Notes: generated by a model not told the origin, from the letters alone. 60,031 nt of DNA, filler included, from Sphacelaria rigidula (GCA_964200075.2; 6 parts of 6 records of this genome joined end to end with filler, not necessarily neighbours in it); one strand, 5' to 3'. Positions 1-11,994 are shown, counted from the first letter of the whole stretch. Made by a program: numbers and translations.

Positions 1-702
1 ATGACGGTAGTTCATGTTGTCTTTCTATGGCCCACCTGGGTTTAGTGCCTCGTGAAAATGACCACATCGCAGCATGTACATCCCTTCACGGTTTTTCCGG
101 TCGACCTTGTGTTGGTGTAATTATCACGTTTTAGTGTGAAGTTGTGGCCTGAAAAACCCGCCGGAAAACTCGGGAACGCTGTACTGAGTGCCAGTAATAC
201 CATGAAACCTGGGAAGGCTTATCTAGGCCAGGGATAGGGCCCCCACACGATCTTTGCAGTGGCATCACACTCGCCAACAATCCCCGCGCTGGTCGTTCAG
301 GTCTGGTCGATAAACTTCGCCTCGCCGTGATTGGGCAGGTCGCTTCCTGACTTATTTTTTTAATATTTCACTAACAGAGGGTCAACCCTGTGTTAGTGGG
401 GGGTCGGTCCCAAAAGGGTTAAGGTCGTTCACGAGCAAGATATGACGATTCGATACTTTGGCTTGGAAATGTTGGTGGTTGTGCCCTCAAGCGCCAAGCA
501 TGGGCGCGAGCCCAATTCTTATTGGGTCGTTATCCACAAAAGGCCATGGCGCACGTCAAATCGTGCTTTGGTTCACCATCCATTGCAGGTGAGGGCGCGA
601 TTTCGATCGTATTTTCATTTCTATACATTGCATCGTGAGCCGTATAGTGTACTTCAATTCCCGGTAAAAGGAAACTGGCGACATCGGTGTCGATAGCCTC
701 CA

Positions 703-732
703 CGATACGATACGATACGATACGATACGATA
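703..732 (+). repeat. (CGATA)6 microsatellite
   Basis: Read directly. Confidence 0.95.
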
Positions 733-983
733 TATCATCCGATTATTCTCAGGTCATGATCTATTGCCGGCGAGGGTGCAGGTTTCAATCGTGTTAAAAA
801 CATTTTACATGGAATAGTGTCATGTATCGTACTTCTATCGCCGCTGACAGCTGAAGACATCAGTGTCAACTGTCGATACGGTACGATATGATACTGTGAA
901 ATTCGGTACGATACGACGCAGTACGGTATACGCCATGTATCGATCAAGTCACTCATCGAAGCAAGTGTTTGAAAAATTGTTTA

Positions 984-1620
984 CGAGCTGGGCCGCCCAA
1001 AAAGCTACCAGAAATGTTGAAACGCATATTCTTCGCTGAATTTTGGATTGTTTTCGATGAAATTCTGACAGGATGTACGGGGCGCATGTGCGAATACCCA
1101 ACGTTTCCTCCTATGTTTTTCTTTTCTTTTCTTGGCGAGTTACTGGCAATTCTGTTGCGGAAAAATGTTCTGATATGTTCCGTCGCCAATAACTCACGAA
1201 GAAAACACACACACACATACACACACACACACACACACGGGAGGAACAAAGGAGCGGTTGCACATACGTCCTGTACATCATGTCGAAGTTTCATCGAAAA
1301 CGACTGAATGTAGCTCGGGAATTGTACTACAGTTTGTGCGGCACCACGCGGCACAAAACTGAATGTAACCGAAAATCCCATCTCAGCCGTTTTCTCGTGG
1401 CGAATCCCGCCGCACATAGTACCCTCAACTCTCTACACTTTCGCACTTGGCTACAGTTTAGTATTTCGTTTGATGAGACCTTGTCGGATCGCACTGCTAG
1501 ATGGATTTGAAGACACGCGCTGGTTTGCTGATTCCCACGATGTGTCATAGTAGGCACAACTCGCGATACGGGAGAACGAACGGGCTGAGGGAAAGTGAGC
1601 TTCTTAGGCGGCCCAGCCTG
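984..1620. mobile_element. MITE with GCTGGGCCGCC TIRs (Tc1/mariner-like)
   Basis: GCTGGGCCGCCCAAAAAGCT ... AGCTTCTTAGGCGGCCCAGC; TA at left; the same end recurs near 13900 (TA-CAGGCTGGGCCGCCC). Confidence 0.6.
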
Positions 1621-2077
1621 CATCTCTTTGTGCAAAAGAACTAGACACTTCATCCACTTTTCAAACAAATACATTCATGGATACCATGCCCCCCCCAAGT
1701 GCATGAACCTATCTTCCAGTATCACATTCAGCATATCTATGTGGTTATTTATGCTGAGTTTCAAACCACCATTCCAAAAATTGAGCTACAAAATTGAGAA
1801 AAGGCCCAACAGCAGCGTTCATTTCTCCTCAAAACTGCCTTAAAAACGGGAAAAATAAAAAAAATAAAAATAACGAAAAAACTGAAAAAGCTGTTTTTGT
1901 TGGCTTCATTATGCACCATCGGTTGTCCATACGACATTTCATAGCATTAGTCTCAAAAACTGAGACGTGTGAGTACCAGGGTAGTCCACAAGTCTTCCAC
2001 GTGTCTACAACCGCCCCTTCGTTCCAGGAACGTTCATATCTCCGGCATGGTTCCGGGAACGTTCTCAAGAAAACTAG

Positions 2078-2196
2078 TCTGTCCCGTACGAGTCAATGTC
2101 TACCCTGTCCGGATCAATGTCTATCCTGTCCGGATCATTGTCTATCCCGTCCGGGTCGTTGTATATCCCGTCCGGATCATTGTCTTCCCGTCTCCG
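2078..2196 (+). repeat. 21-bp minisatellite, ~5.5 copies
   Basis: Unit TCTATCCYGTCCGGATCAWTG. Confidence 0.9.
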
Positions 2197-2409
2197 GAGT
2201 AATAGTCATACTCCAACCTCGAGACGGCACCGCTCCCGGTGCCCTCTCGAGGCACTACTCATCTCAACCCTAGAGTTTCCCTCCACGCAAGAACGAACTG
2301 TCTAGGCACGTCCCACGGCCCAGCCCGTGGCTCCTGAGACCACCACTCCAACACCAAGGGGTAGTAGCCTCATTGACGTCGACGGTAGGACAAATGGCAT
2401 TTCAGTGCG

Positions 2410-2615
2410 TAAAGATCGCATTCAACCAACGACTGACCTACTCCGACTTGTATCAAAGACCTTCGCTCTGTCCTGGGCATGGTGAATTTTGTACGTCGAT
2501 TTATCAAAGATTACGCCGACATCACAGCACCTCTAGTCGATCTCACTCGAAAAGAATTCACCATCAAACGCCTGTTCAAAAAGGCATGGGGAATTCAACA
2601 AGATGACGCCTTCAT
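2410..2615 (+). mobile_element. Ty3/gypsy LTR-retrotransposon pol fragment (RT thumb/connection), decayed
   Basis: DLRSVLGMVNFVRRFIKDYADITAPLVDLTRKE...W...QDDAF, with an upstream frameshift. Confidence 0.85.
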
Positions 2616-4138
2616 CACGTCTATCGACACAATAAGTGGACTCACAACTTACAGCGCGTCGGTCTTTTCTGATCCGGTGGGTTGTGGAACGCTGTTGTAC
2701 TTTTGCGATCTCGGGGCCGGTGTCAGGGTCAAGCTAGGCTCTTCCGCCACAAACAGGCGGTTGTCGCATCCTCGATGGTTGCGGTTCAAGCAACGGATAC
2801 AGTACTGGTCGTCACGCATAGAGAGAGGGACAGAACAGTAATGGCGGAGAGACTCGGGAACCGTTTCCGGGCAGAAAGGGACGTGGTCGTCGTTGTGGCG
2901 TCCGTGAACGGCAAATGGGCGGGAAAAGAGTCAAAGGTGTGGGCGCCATGGTTGGAGTTGGCGCGTAGACTCCCTTGCGCGCGATGTGCCGCATCAGGTA
3001 CAGTGTAGAGGGCGATGGCCTAGCACAGGTACGTTCTCGGCCGATCGGTGGCCCAGATAAGGTACGATTGAAAGATAATCCCTAGTTCCGGTATACCTGG
3101 GCGAAATCTGGCCTACAAAAGGTAAGCGGTTTCTGGAGGCGAGACGTCCGTTTTCGCGTGGCCATATCACTGGAGTAACATGTTTTTTTTCCCTTTTTTT
3201 TTCGAGATCCAGGTGCCACTGGCCTCCCCGAATGATGTGCGTGAAAATCTCGGAGCGAAAACGGTTAAAATGGCGTATTTGGCTGTTTTCGCGTTTCTGG
3301 CCATTTTTCGTATCTTTCTTGGGCGAAAAGCGAAAAGGTATACCTTTTCTAGGCCAATGCTCTAATAAAACTGCACGTCTCCATGTTTGATTTGAAAGAA
3401 CGGAAGAAAAGCGGCAGTTTCCTGCTGAACGATGAAGGGTGAAACACATACCTTGATTGCATTTACACGCGTGAAAGTGTCGATGACAAATGTATCCCAA
3501 AAGGGGACAAAAACGACAAACCGTACCTCTTGCTGATTTGTTCTCTTTTGAAGTTGTCAACATTTTGACACTCTTCCCTTTCACCCAGAGGGAATATTGT
3601 CACCAAGGATTCACCCACCTCCACTCGAAAGTTCCAGAATCGGTAGGCTTTGGTGGAAGAAGCGCGTCGTGTACAGGGCACATTGGTCGATTTTGGATTG
3701 TCGGACAAACACGGAGAAAATCTCGTTCATCAGGGAGAGGATGCTTTTGACAGCATTCGTTCAAAAACACACATTTTTCTCGACTGTGACGCATTAAGTA
3801 GCTGCTGACCTTGACAATAAAAAAAGAACCATAGGAGTGCGGTGTGGACAATGACTACAAAGATCGGAACGGCTTCGATCGAGCGAGCATACCCAAGAGC
3901 GAGAACGTCGGGCCGTGCACGTAGTGCACGTACTCGTAGGACCCTAGACGACCGGTTAGCCCGTAAGCTCTTGAAGCATTGATGGTGTCGTAGAAACGAT
4001 CGTTTTTTTTCTCGAGAATTTGTGCCGGGTACTGACATCTTTCGATCCCCACATTTTGAGACGAACGATTGGTAACCACGATGAGCGTTGCCTGGCCCCC
4101 GAAAAAAAAAAAACTGAAATAAACCGCTCTGGATGTAT

Positions 4139-4502
4139 CGGTTGCCCCCGTGGCTCAGTCGCTACCCTCGAAACCTTCTGACGGTTGGGGCGTGAGTTCG
4201 AATCTCGGCGAAGTCCCCCGATCCGGGATTTTTTCGCATATCATGCCCAACAGTGGAGAGCGACTATGCCGTGGGTACACAACGTTCAACTTCACGGTCG
4301 ACGAGGAAGGGAAGGCTGAACCCATCTCGCGATAACAGGTAAGGCAAGCATCACAGGAGAGAGGTGGAGTACTAAAAAAGAGAAGAAAAAAAAACTCCCT
4401 GTGTACCCTTCCTTTCGCGTGAACTCGGCTGATGCACCAACATATACCGACAGGTGTAGACTGGCGGCCAGAATAAATGGAATTCATGAACAAACACACA
4501 CA
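4139..4502 (+). mobile_element. tRNA-derived SINE, copy 1
   Basis: Pol III A box TGGCTCAGTCG (4151) and B box GTTCGAATC (4196); ~350-bp body homologous to 12314-12690; AATAAA and CA-rich tail. Confidence 0.8.
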
Positions 4503-4944
4503 GTGGGGGGGGGGGAATATTGGCAATGACACATATCATGCGGGCTCTCACCTGGGGGGGATTCTAGACCAGTACAGCTCTGATACTCGAACGGCTGGGT
4601 TTGTGAGTCCGAAGTAGAGGTGGATGATGGCAGGTTGAGAAGGGGGTATTTTCCGATGACCCCATCACCGAACACTTGCCTACACAGTTGTCACAGACAA
4701 AGATCATGTACATACATACACGCGTACATACATACACCAGCGTAGATAAAACGATGTCACAATTGGCACGGCGTGTATCATGCGGGGCGGGGCGGGTATA
4801 TGTGGATCTCGGCGGTGGAACTTAGAAGTGACCTCATAACAACAGTATCGTACCCCAATATTTCCGCGAACAGAAACGATAATTCGAAGTATATGTCTAC
4901 AACGAACAAAAAGTGGTGAACATTAGCGTAGACAGAGTGAAGCG

Positions 4945-5070
4945 TGAACCCTTGAGGAACCCAGTGACGATTCTTGTTTTTGTGAATCGGCATCTTTTTG
5001 ACTCGAAAATGACTGAAAATGATGCCGATTCCCAAAAACAAAAATCGTCAATGGGCTCCAAAAGGGTTAA
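4945..5070. mobile_element. Palindromic piggyBac-like MITE
   Basis: TGAA-CCCTT...AAGGG-TTAA, near-full hairpin; second copy at 42197. Confidence 0.75.
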
Positions 5071-5242
5071 GTGGCATGGCATGTATCATGCAGGACAAAA
5101 ACAACGGGTGTGGGTGGGTCTCTGCTGGGGAACCTGGAAGCTGCCTCATAAAAACAGTAGTGTACCCGATTACTTCGGCGAAAACAAGCAAAGATTCAAT
5201 ATATATATATATATACTTATGCATGGCATATATCATGCGTTC

Positions 5243-5323
5243 ATTGATTGATTAAATTGTCGCACTACCTTGATGACTAATCCCCGAGGGACCCAGCGTG
5301 GTCACAAAATAACATGTACCCAA
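5243..5323 (-). mobile_element. Retroelement 3' end with (CAAT)n tail
   Basis: ATTGATTGATT...TTGTCGCAC...CGTGGTCACA...ATGTACCCAA. Confidence 0.55.
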
Positions 5324-5355
5324 CCAAGGTGAACGAGACGGAACGGTCGTTAGAG

Positions 5356-5508
5356 CATACCCTAAATAGTGACAATGGATTGCATTGTCAAAAGGTGTAC
5401 TGCTTACAGTATGAAATATATTAGTGTCTATTACTATTGCAATAGACGCAACAGTCGATGCTGTACACAGTACACTTTTTGACAGTGTAATCTGTTGTTC
5501 AGGGTGTG
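5356..5508. mobile_element. MITE, CACCYTGGACAA-related family
   Basis: CATACCCT...CAGGGTGTG with a GCAATAG/CAGTACACTTTTTGAC core. Confidence 0.6.
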
Positions 5509-5773
5509 CGTCAGAGCAAAACAAAAAGTGGAACAGAGAGAAAAATAAATAAATAATAATATTGACAAAAAAAAATAGGGTAAAAACTGAGGAGGGAGAA
5601 AACAGGCAAGGAGAGGATGGGAAAATAAGAACTACAGCAAAGAAAATGGCATTTGAAAAAAAAGGATAGAGAGGGGTGTTGGAAGCAAACATGTAAAACC
5701 GGAATGATTTCAAAGACATCATGAATGCGGTAATCCCAGATGCCAAGAACCGAAGGATTGAGTTCCGGGTAAC

Positions 5774-6198
5774 TCAACCCTTGGACCGCGGTGCGGGTAA
5801 TCCATGTGGATCATGCGTACTTTTTTCAAGTGAATATTGATGCCGATTCAGCAGATGACCTATCCTTGCGGTCAAAGCGTTAACCCTAAGATCGCGAGGA
5901 TAGTCCATCTGGACCATAAATGCCTTTTCGAAGTGTTTTCGATGCCGATTCAACGGATGACCTACTCTCGCTGTGTAAGGGTCAAACCCTTAGACTGCCA
6001 GCGGTGGTCTATTTGCGAATCGGGGTCACCTTCACAAAAAAATGAAGATGATGCCAATTTTCAAATGAACCATCGCTCCCAACAAAGGGGTTAACCCCGG
6101 TGGCCACGAGAGTAGTCCATCTGGATCATGCATACTTTCCATCAGGTGAAATTGAAGCCGATTCAACAAATGATTTACGCTCAACGTCAAAAGGTGAA
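5774..6198. mobile_element. Tandem array of four ~100-bp piggyBac-like MITEs
   Basis: Units 5778-5879, 5884-5981, 5987-6090, 6095-6194, each CCC...(G)GG-like, with TTAA-like junctions and a shared GATGCCGATTCA core. Confidence 0.7.
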
Positions 6199-7794
6199 CT
6201 TAACTCATTAACCAAACAAAGCTCTGCATCAAAAGGAATTCGTGTTCGGTTTCGTCATATATAGCCAGATAACTACTATATCCCAGAACAGGAACTATTT
6301 TCGCCTGGCTACAAAGACAATAACGATGCTGACGCAGGCGCCGCAGCACTGTACTATTCCGTACTGACTGTACTCGAATACCTGTGGATTCCGCCGGAAT
6401 CGTCGATTTCCCAGTGTCGAGTGAGGAGCTGACACGATGTCATCGACTGCAAAAAAATACACAAAGCAGCGGGGAAAAACAAAAAAAGACAAATAATAAA
6501 AATAAAGCTGAGTACGTTGGATAAAGTGGGTTGCTCCGGAGATTTTCGGGGTATCTACAGGTAGCGTGGGAGGTTGGACACCATAAGAGATTTTTCGGAG
6601 AAGCGCATGATTTTTAGTCAAGTGATATTTATAGCGTGAAGAACGTTGCTGGGCTTAACGAAGCGGAGCTTCGGTAAACCAACCCCACGCAGCACTTGTC
6701 AGCGTAACTTGGTGCGACGTGGCCTTCTTCTGATGTAGGCATACGAGTTACACGGCTTGAACCAACGGCATTTGTTTCGTCTGTTCTTATTAAAGAACAT
6801 ACTCCGTACGAGCTGGGCCGGCCATGCCTCTGTCGCCACAGGTCGCAGGCCATGCAAGTCGTAGTTTTTTTCGAAAATATTGACACCAAAAAAACAACAT
6901 ATGAGCCTACACTGTCAGAACGATATTTCCACTCCTTTTTTTTGCCCCCTCAACTCCGGGTCATGCAATTTTCTAGGATACCCTCAGCTCCCTTCGAGTA
7001 AGGAAGAAAACAAAAAGCGCTTCGACAGGGTAGGCCCAAATGTTTTTCATCTGGTGTCAATATTTTACCCCGAAATTCGAAGCGTGGCACCGCGCATCGT
7101 CGTTTGCGTTGTCACTATACCAAACGTCAAAATATGCCATTGTCCAGTCAAACCTGTCATACGTGGCAGAAAGGCCGACACTTTCGTCCTGATGAACATG
7201 GGGGCACGTGCTGTACTTGACCTAGTGTACGATCGACACGTGATTGTTTTTTCTCGCTGCAAGATAAACCTCTCCCCTTCCTCGCGCCAAGCCCGTGGTC
7301 TCGACGAATCAACCCATCTCTCGTAACGCCCGTATACAAGACAACCCGATACAGCTTGCCTCGCGTGACGATACGTACCTCCCCGCTGCTGCTCTAAAAT
7401 AGAAACAAGGTACTGCATCTCAGACGAGTCCCTCTCTGTCAGCACGCGCGACGGCATAGGCTGGACTAAAAATAAATGAAGCGGAAAGTCAGTTCATGTG
7501 TCAGGGCCATGCCCGCGGTCGAGGCAGGATCATGGCTCCTCGTGTGTGCGCAATGTTGTGGTGGCCTAGGCTAAGAGTGGGGGAGACTTGACAATTTTGA
7601 TGTATACCATGCCTCTCCCCCCCCCCCCCGCCGCCCCTGCCGTGCTCCAGAGCCCTCCCCCGACCCGACGCCCGAGGCCACGAGCGCGAGGANNNNNNNN
7701 NNTGTTCTTGTATGTTTGGCGGCGATCCCGGATGAGCTAGGTCGGCACATTTTTGTGTTTGTTCACCCCCTCTCCCCCCCCCCCCCCCCCCCCC

Positions 7795-7875
7795 CGGTGC
7801 TCCGTCTCGAAAGGGATGCAAGGTCAATGGTCAGATGACTATGGCATGCATGCTTACGAGTACACCCCCCCCCCT
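7795..7875 (+). mobile_element. Short LINE 3' end in a C tract
   Basis: GGTGCTCCGTCTCGAAAGGGATGCAAGGTCAATGG...GAGTAC flanked by C runs on both sides. Confidence 0.7.
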
Positions 7876-8192
7876 CCCGATGTGCACTGACTACATCAGA
7901 GGCGCCCTTAGCTCACAACTTACAGTACACCAACCCCTCCAGACGTGGGCCAAGCTAGCAGCAGCCACAAGCCATAGCAACGGTATACTTGCAAGCTTGT
8001 GTTCTGTAGGGCATACCGGCCGATATTTGCTTATTTTACAGAAGCATAGAAGAGGTGTTTTACCGGCAAATACCCTTCCGGATAATACTGGAGTGTTCGG
8101 GACAGGGCTCGACACCCTGCTGGACCATACTGAAATGTTCGACACAAATTTCGGTATGGCTTAGTACGCCAACCAAAACTCCCCCCCCCCCC

Positions 8193-8386
8193 ACAGACGG
8201 GGAAACAGGACGGGTATAAGATATGTAAAAGGTTTTTCTGTCATGTATGGAAGGAACGGAATAAGCGCCGGAATGTTGGAGGTGTCTCTGATAGGAGTAG
8301 GAACCAACGGTGCTCCGTCTCGAAAGGGATGCGTGGTCAATGGGTAAATGACTTAAGGCAAGCAACAAATGAGTATGCCCCCCCCC
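8193..8386 (+). mobile_element. 5'-truncated LINE 3' end inserted in a C tract
   Basis: QTGKQDGYKICK...NGAPSRKGCVVNG-MT-ASNK-stop, then GAGTAT and a C run; C12 immediately upstream. Confidence 0.75.
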
Positions 8387-8476
8387 TCCCGTCCCCCGTC
8401 CCCCCCCCCTCCGGGTATACCCCATATTGTAGAACAAGACCTTGTAGTTTTCGTATCACCAGGCATACCCAAACGT

Positions 8477-8560
8477 TTGATTTGATTCGATTGATTGATT
8501 GTCGCACTTCAACTGAACCGTCAGAGGTTCAGCCGTGGTCGCATGATAGACGTACCCAAG
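8477..8560 (-). mobile_element. Retroelement 3' end with (CAAT)n tail
   Basis: Reverse-strand copy: (TTGA)n-TTGTCGCAC...CAGCCGTGGTCGCATGATAGACGTACCCAAG. Confidence 0.65.
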
Positions 8561-9924
8561 AAAAGCAAAACTGTTTGAATGATCGTGAATTCGTATTCCT
8601 TTGTTATCCTGCCTCTACTCGCGCCGCCCGCAAACTGCCGATCGAACCTGCTCCTCACCATACGCCCACGGAAGTCGATTTCTCCATCTTGTTTCGTCAG
8701 CGGTAGGCGAGAACAAAATGGTCAATATCTGAAGAAAACAAATGGCGCTGCGACATTTGTTTTTTATTGCCCCTAGCTATTATAAGGGCGTGAGAATCCT
8801 CTCTTTGTTTTCTCTTCTTTTTTCGAACTGAGATTGACAAAAGCTGCACTGACGAGAGGGAAAAAAAAAAAACTTAAACCGGTGCGGGAAAGAAAAAAAG
8901 AGGAGGGGGGGGTCGGTTTAAGTTAATGGGGGGGGGCAAAGCAATGTACAGGACCATAACCCGGTGACGACGAACGAAAAAAGCGGATGAAGTGTGTACT
9001 AACTACCGGAAGGTTAGACAGCTAGGGTTGATTTCCCGGTGCGCGACGGATCACAGCCTGCCGCCGTTGAGAAGTTGCAAAACTTGAATGAAGATCCGAC
9101 TATTAATGATTTTCAGCGTGATCTCGCGGCGGGATGACCAACCCAACATGCCGCTTTTGGACGCTTGCTTGGCTCTTCGATGACAAAACCAACATGCCCT
9201 TAGCCCACCCGCGTCAGTCTTTTTTCTTAGAAGAGAGGGCCACAACGACATAGGCTGATTCTCATACTTCGCAATGATTTACCTGGTTTACTCTTCGACA
9301 TAATTCCTCCTGGTACGGTACGCCTTGGAATTTCCCGGTGGCCGGGGTTCATGTTGGGGGGTCGAACCTTGCAATTTGGGGTGCAAAAATGGTCAGTACA
9401 GTGAAGGAAATTAATTCCCTATATTTTTCGTGGTTCGTTCCCGCGCATTCCGCTTTCCTTTCTTTTCCCTCCACATTAGCGCGGATGGACGAAAATCGCC
9501 GATCCGCTTCGCTCCAAGATGGAAAAATAAAAACTCCGCGCACCGGAAAACGCAAAACTGTGTCGGAATCCTCTCAGACAATATTCCTACACGAAACCAT
9601 TCCGAGGTAATCGTGAAAAGGGCTTGATTGCATCAACCTGGGGGGTTCGTTCATGGGTGTATGAGCTGTTACGACCTTATACACGATCATTGTGCGGCTG
9701 CATGTGGGTGAGAAAATCGATGCCGAGGGGTATGGACACCTGCATTATTGGCTTGATACCAAGGGTTTTACTTATTCGTTTCTTCAGCGGAACCGATGTT
9801 TCAGGAGCTGGCCATGTTCGGTTTTACTCTTCACTCAATCATTCCCCCCCCCCCCCCCCCCCCCCCCTTCCCACCGAAGATCAGGTCATCCCTCTAGCGC
9901 CCGAAGCCCCGAGCACACAATCTC

Positions 9925-10024
9925 NNNNNNNNNNNNNNNNNNNNNNNNNNNNNNNNNNNNNNNNNNNNTTAATTAATTAANNNNNNNNNNNNNNNNNNNN
10001 NNNNNNNNNNNNNNNNNNNNNNNN
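9925..10024. other. Artificial scaffold linker (N44-TTAATTAATTAA-N44)
   Basis: 100 bp with a six-frame-stop core; identical at all five junctions. Confidence 0.98.
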
Positions 10025-10704
10025 TGGCGGGGGCTGCTGTTGGCGGCGCGGGTATGGTGGCATCAGTCAGGTCATCATCCATACATTGATGCAACTCAAT
10101 TAGTCCTTCGAGCACCATGCCCGCGCTTCATCTGACGGGTCGTGCAACGGTGAAGGTGCACAAACCTTTCCTGGGCCGACGTACTGGAGATAAACACTGT
10201 ACAGACTCTCGCGCATCATCACTAGCGGACTTAGGACGAGGTTCCAACTGAACGTGGGGCGATCCTCTCGCGGGCAAACTTCACCAAAAAAGTGAAATCT
10301 GTCATTGTTTTATTTCAACCGTGAAAATACCTCAAGACAGCTTTGGATAAAAAAAGGTACACCCCCTACCGAAGCGCGACTTGGCACATGAAAAATTCAA
10401 ATATCGTTCTATTTTAGACGCAACAAAAACAACAACAGCAACAACAGGAGGACAGCACAACGAGAAAACTATGCAACATAGAGATATAAAGAAGTGAAGG
10501 CAGAAGAAGAAAAAAAAACACACACACACAGGAGAAAAAAACAAAAAAGGCTCAAAAGCCGGGGGTGCCCCTGCGTTACAAGACGAAAAACTACGCAGCA
10601 TGCATGGAACGAAGGAGAACAAAAAACAAAACAAAAAAAAAGAGGAAAGGGAAGGAAGAGGAAGTAAAAAGAAAAAAACAAAGAATGAAAAAAAAAAAAC
10701 TCAC

Positions 10705-10869
10705 AAGCCGAAGGTGTCCCTGCGTGATGAGATCGATGACACGCCCGGGCGTTCCGATCACGATGTCCACGCCGCTGCTGAGTTGTTGGATCTGCGGACC
10801 CAGTGCGGTACCTCCATACACGGCGAGAGATCCGAGATCGGGCGCCACTCGATTAAACTCGCGTTCGAT
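10705..10869 (-). CDS. DEAD-box RNA helicase, GG doublet and TPGR motif exon (gene runs off scaffold before DEAD motif)
   Basis: ttttcag|IEREFNRVAPDLGSLAVYGGTALGPQIQQLSSGVDIVIGTPGRVIDLITQGHLRL|gtgagt. Confidence 0.92.
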
Positions 10870-11821
10870 CTGAAAAGCCGGGAAAAAACGAGACGTTACA
10901 AGGGGTGTTGGGTAGGGTAAATATCCAGGGGTTTCCTCTTTCAAAGCTTGTGTTGCGATGGTCCCATTTCCAAACTCCACCCAAATATTGGGTAATGTTA
11001 CGTACGGTTGCATTACTTGCCTCAATGTCTAGCCACTGTAGAGTACGCGTAGTCATCTTGTAGCGGAGCCATCAACGCGCGAGTATTAACCAATCGATCA
11101 ACAGTAGTCTGGGTGCACTTTGTTCATTCGAACCGCAACTATTCCGCGGTCAACGGGGGGTGATATTGTCACCCGAGGAAGTGCGGGGGGTTGGGGGGTT
11201 GGGTGAGGGGATATGATGTACGAACAACACACAGACTTACGGACGTAATACTTCGTCAACCTATCGACATGCCGCTGGAAAACGACATGCAAGCTCTTCT
11301 ACGCAAGCATTCTTTACTGCCTCAAACGACGTCTCGACGCCACCATTTTTTTTTTGGGGGGGGGGATGTCCCCCCCCCCCCCCCCCCCCCCGATCGGGTC
11401 GGGGGGCCCCCCCCCCCCCCCCCTTCTGGTCCCGANNNNNNNNNNCTTCTACGCAAGCGTCCTTTACTCCCTCAAGCCCCCTCCCGCCGCCCCCATTTTT
11501 TTTTTGGGGGGGGGGATGTCCCCCCCCCCCCCGTCTCTCCAAGTAGGTTGCGGCTCTCGCACAGCCTCGTTTCTGGCTTCCCTGTGGTCTTGACAAATAA
11601 TGACAGTTCGCAAATATTGTCAAAAATCCATGGGGATGAAAGTGGGCAGGATACAGAGGTGCTGACGGTCATGATTCAATCCTCAAAACTCAAGAGGAGG
11701 GAAAAAAAGCAACTTTCCCAGCGAAAATACATACACGGGTTAATTGATTCCCTTCGAACCCCGGACTCGTCCCGAGGCAAGATGGGGAAAGGGTGACCGA
11801 TTACATACCAGATGATTCGTT

Positions 11822-11891
11822 CAATGATTGATGGCACACGAGCTGATGCGCTAGGAACCCAGCCGTAGTCACAGGATGCAAATGTACCCAA
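11822..11891 (-). mobile_element. Retroelement 3' end with (CAAT)n tail
   Basis: TGATTGATGGCACAC...CCAGCCGTAGTCACA...ATGTACCCAA. Confidence 0.5.
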
Positions 11892-11994
11892 ACAAGTACG
11901 ACAAAAAAAAAAGGAAAATAAAAATTATGCCCATCACAACACACGTCAAGGTCTGACTCACGAATATAATAATATAAGTAGTAATATAAACTTA

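Noticed and set aside
4145-4215. tRNA gene
   Set aside because: A/B boxes are present but there is no convincing cloverleaf, and it is fused to a repeated 300-bp body, so it is a SINE head.
9969-9980. Repeated TTAATTAATTAA as a biological motif
   Set aside because: Synthetic six-frame-stop linker within N padding.
11296-11535. Tandem duplication around a short N gap
   Set aside because: The same sequence repeats on both sides of the gap with C-biased differences; most likely an unmerged contig overlap.
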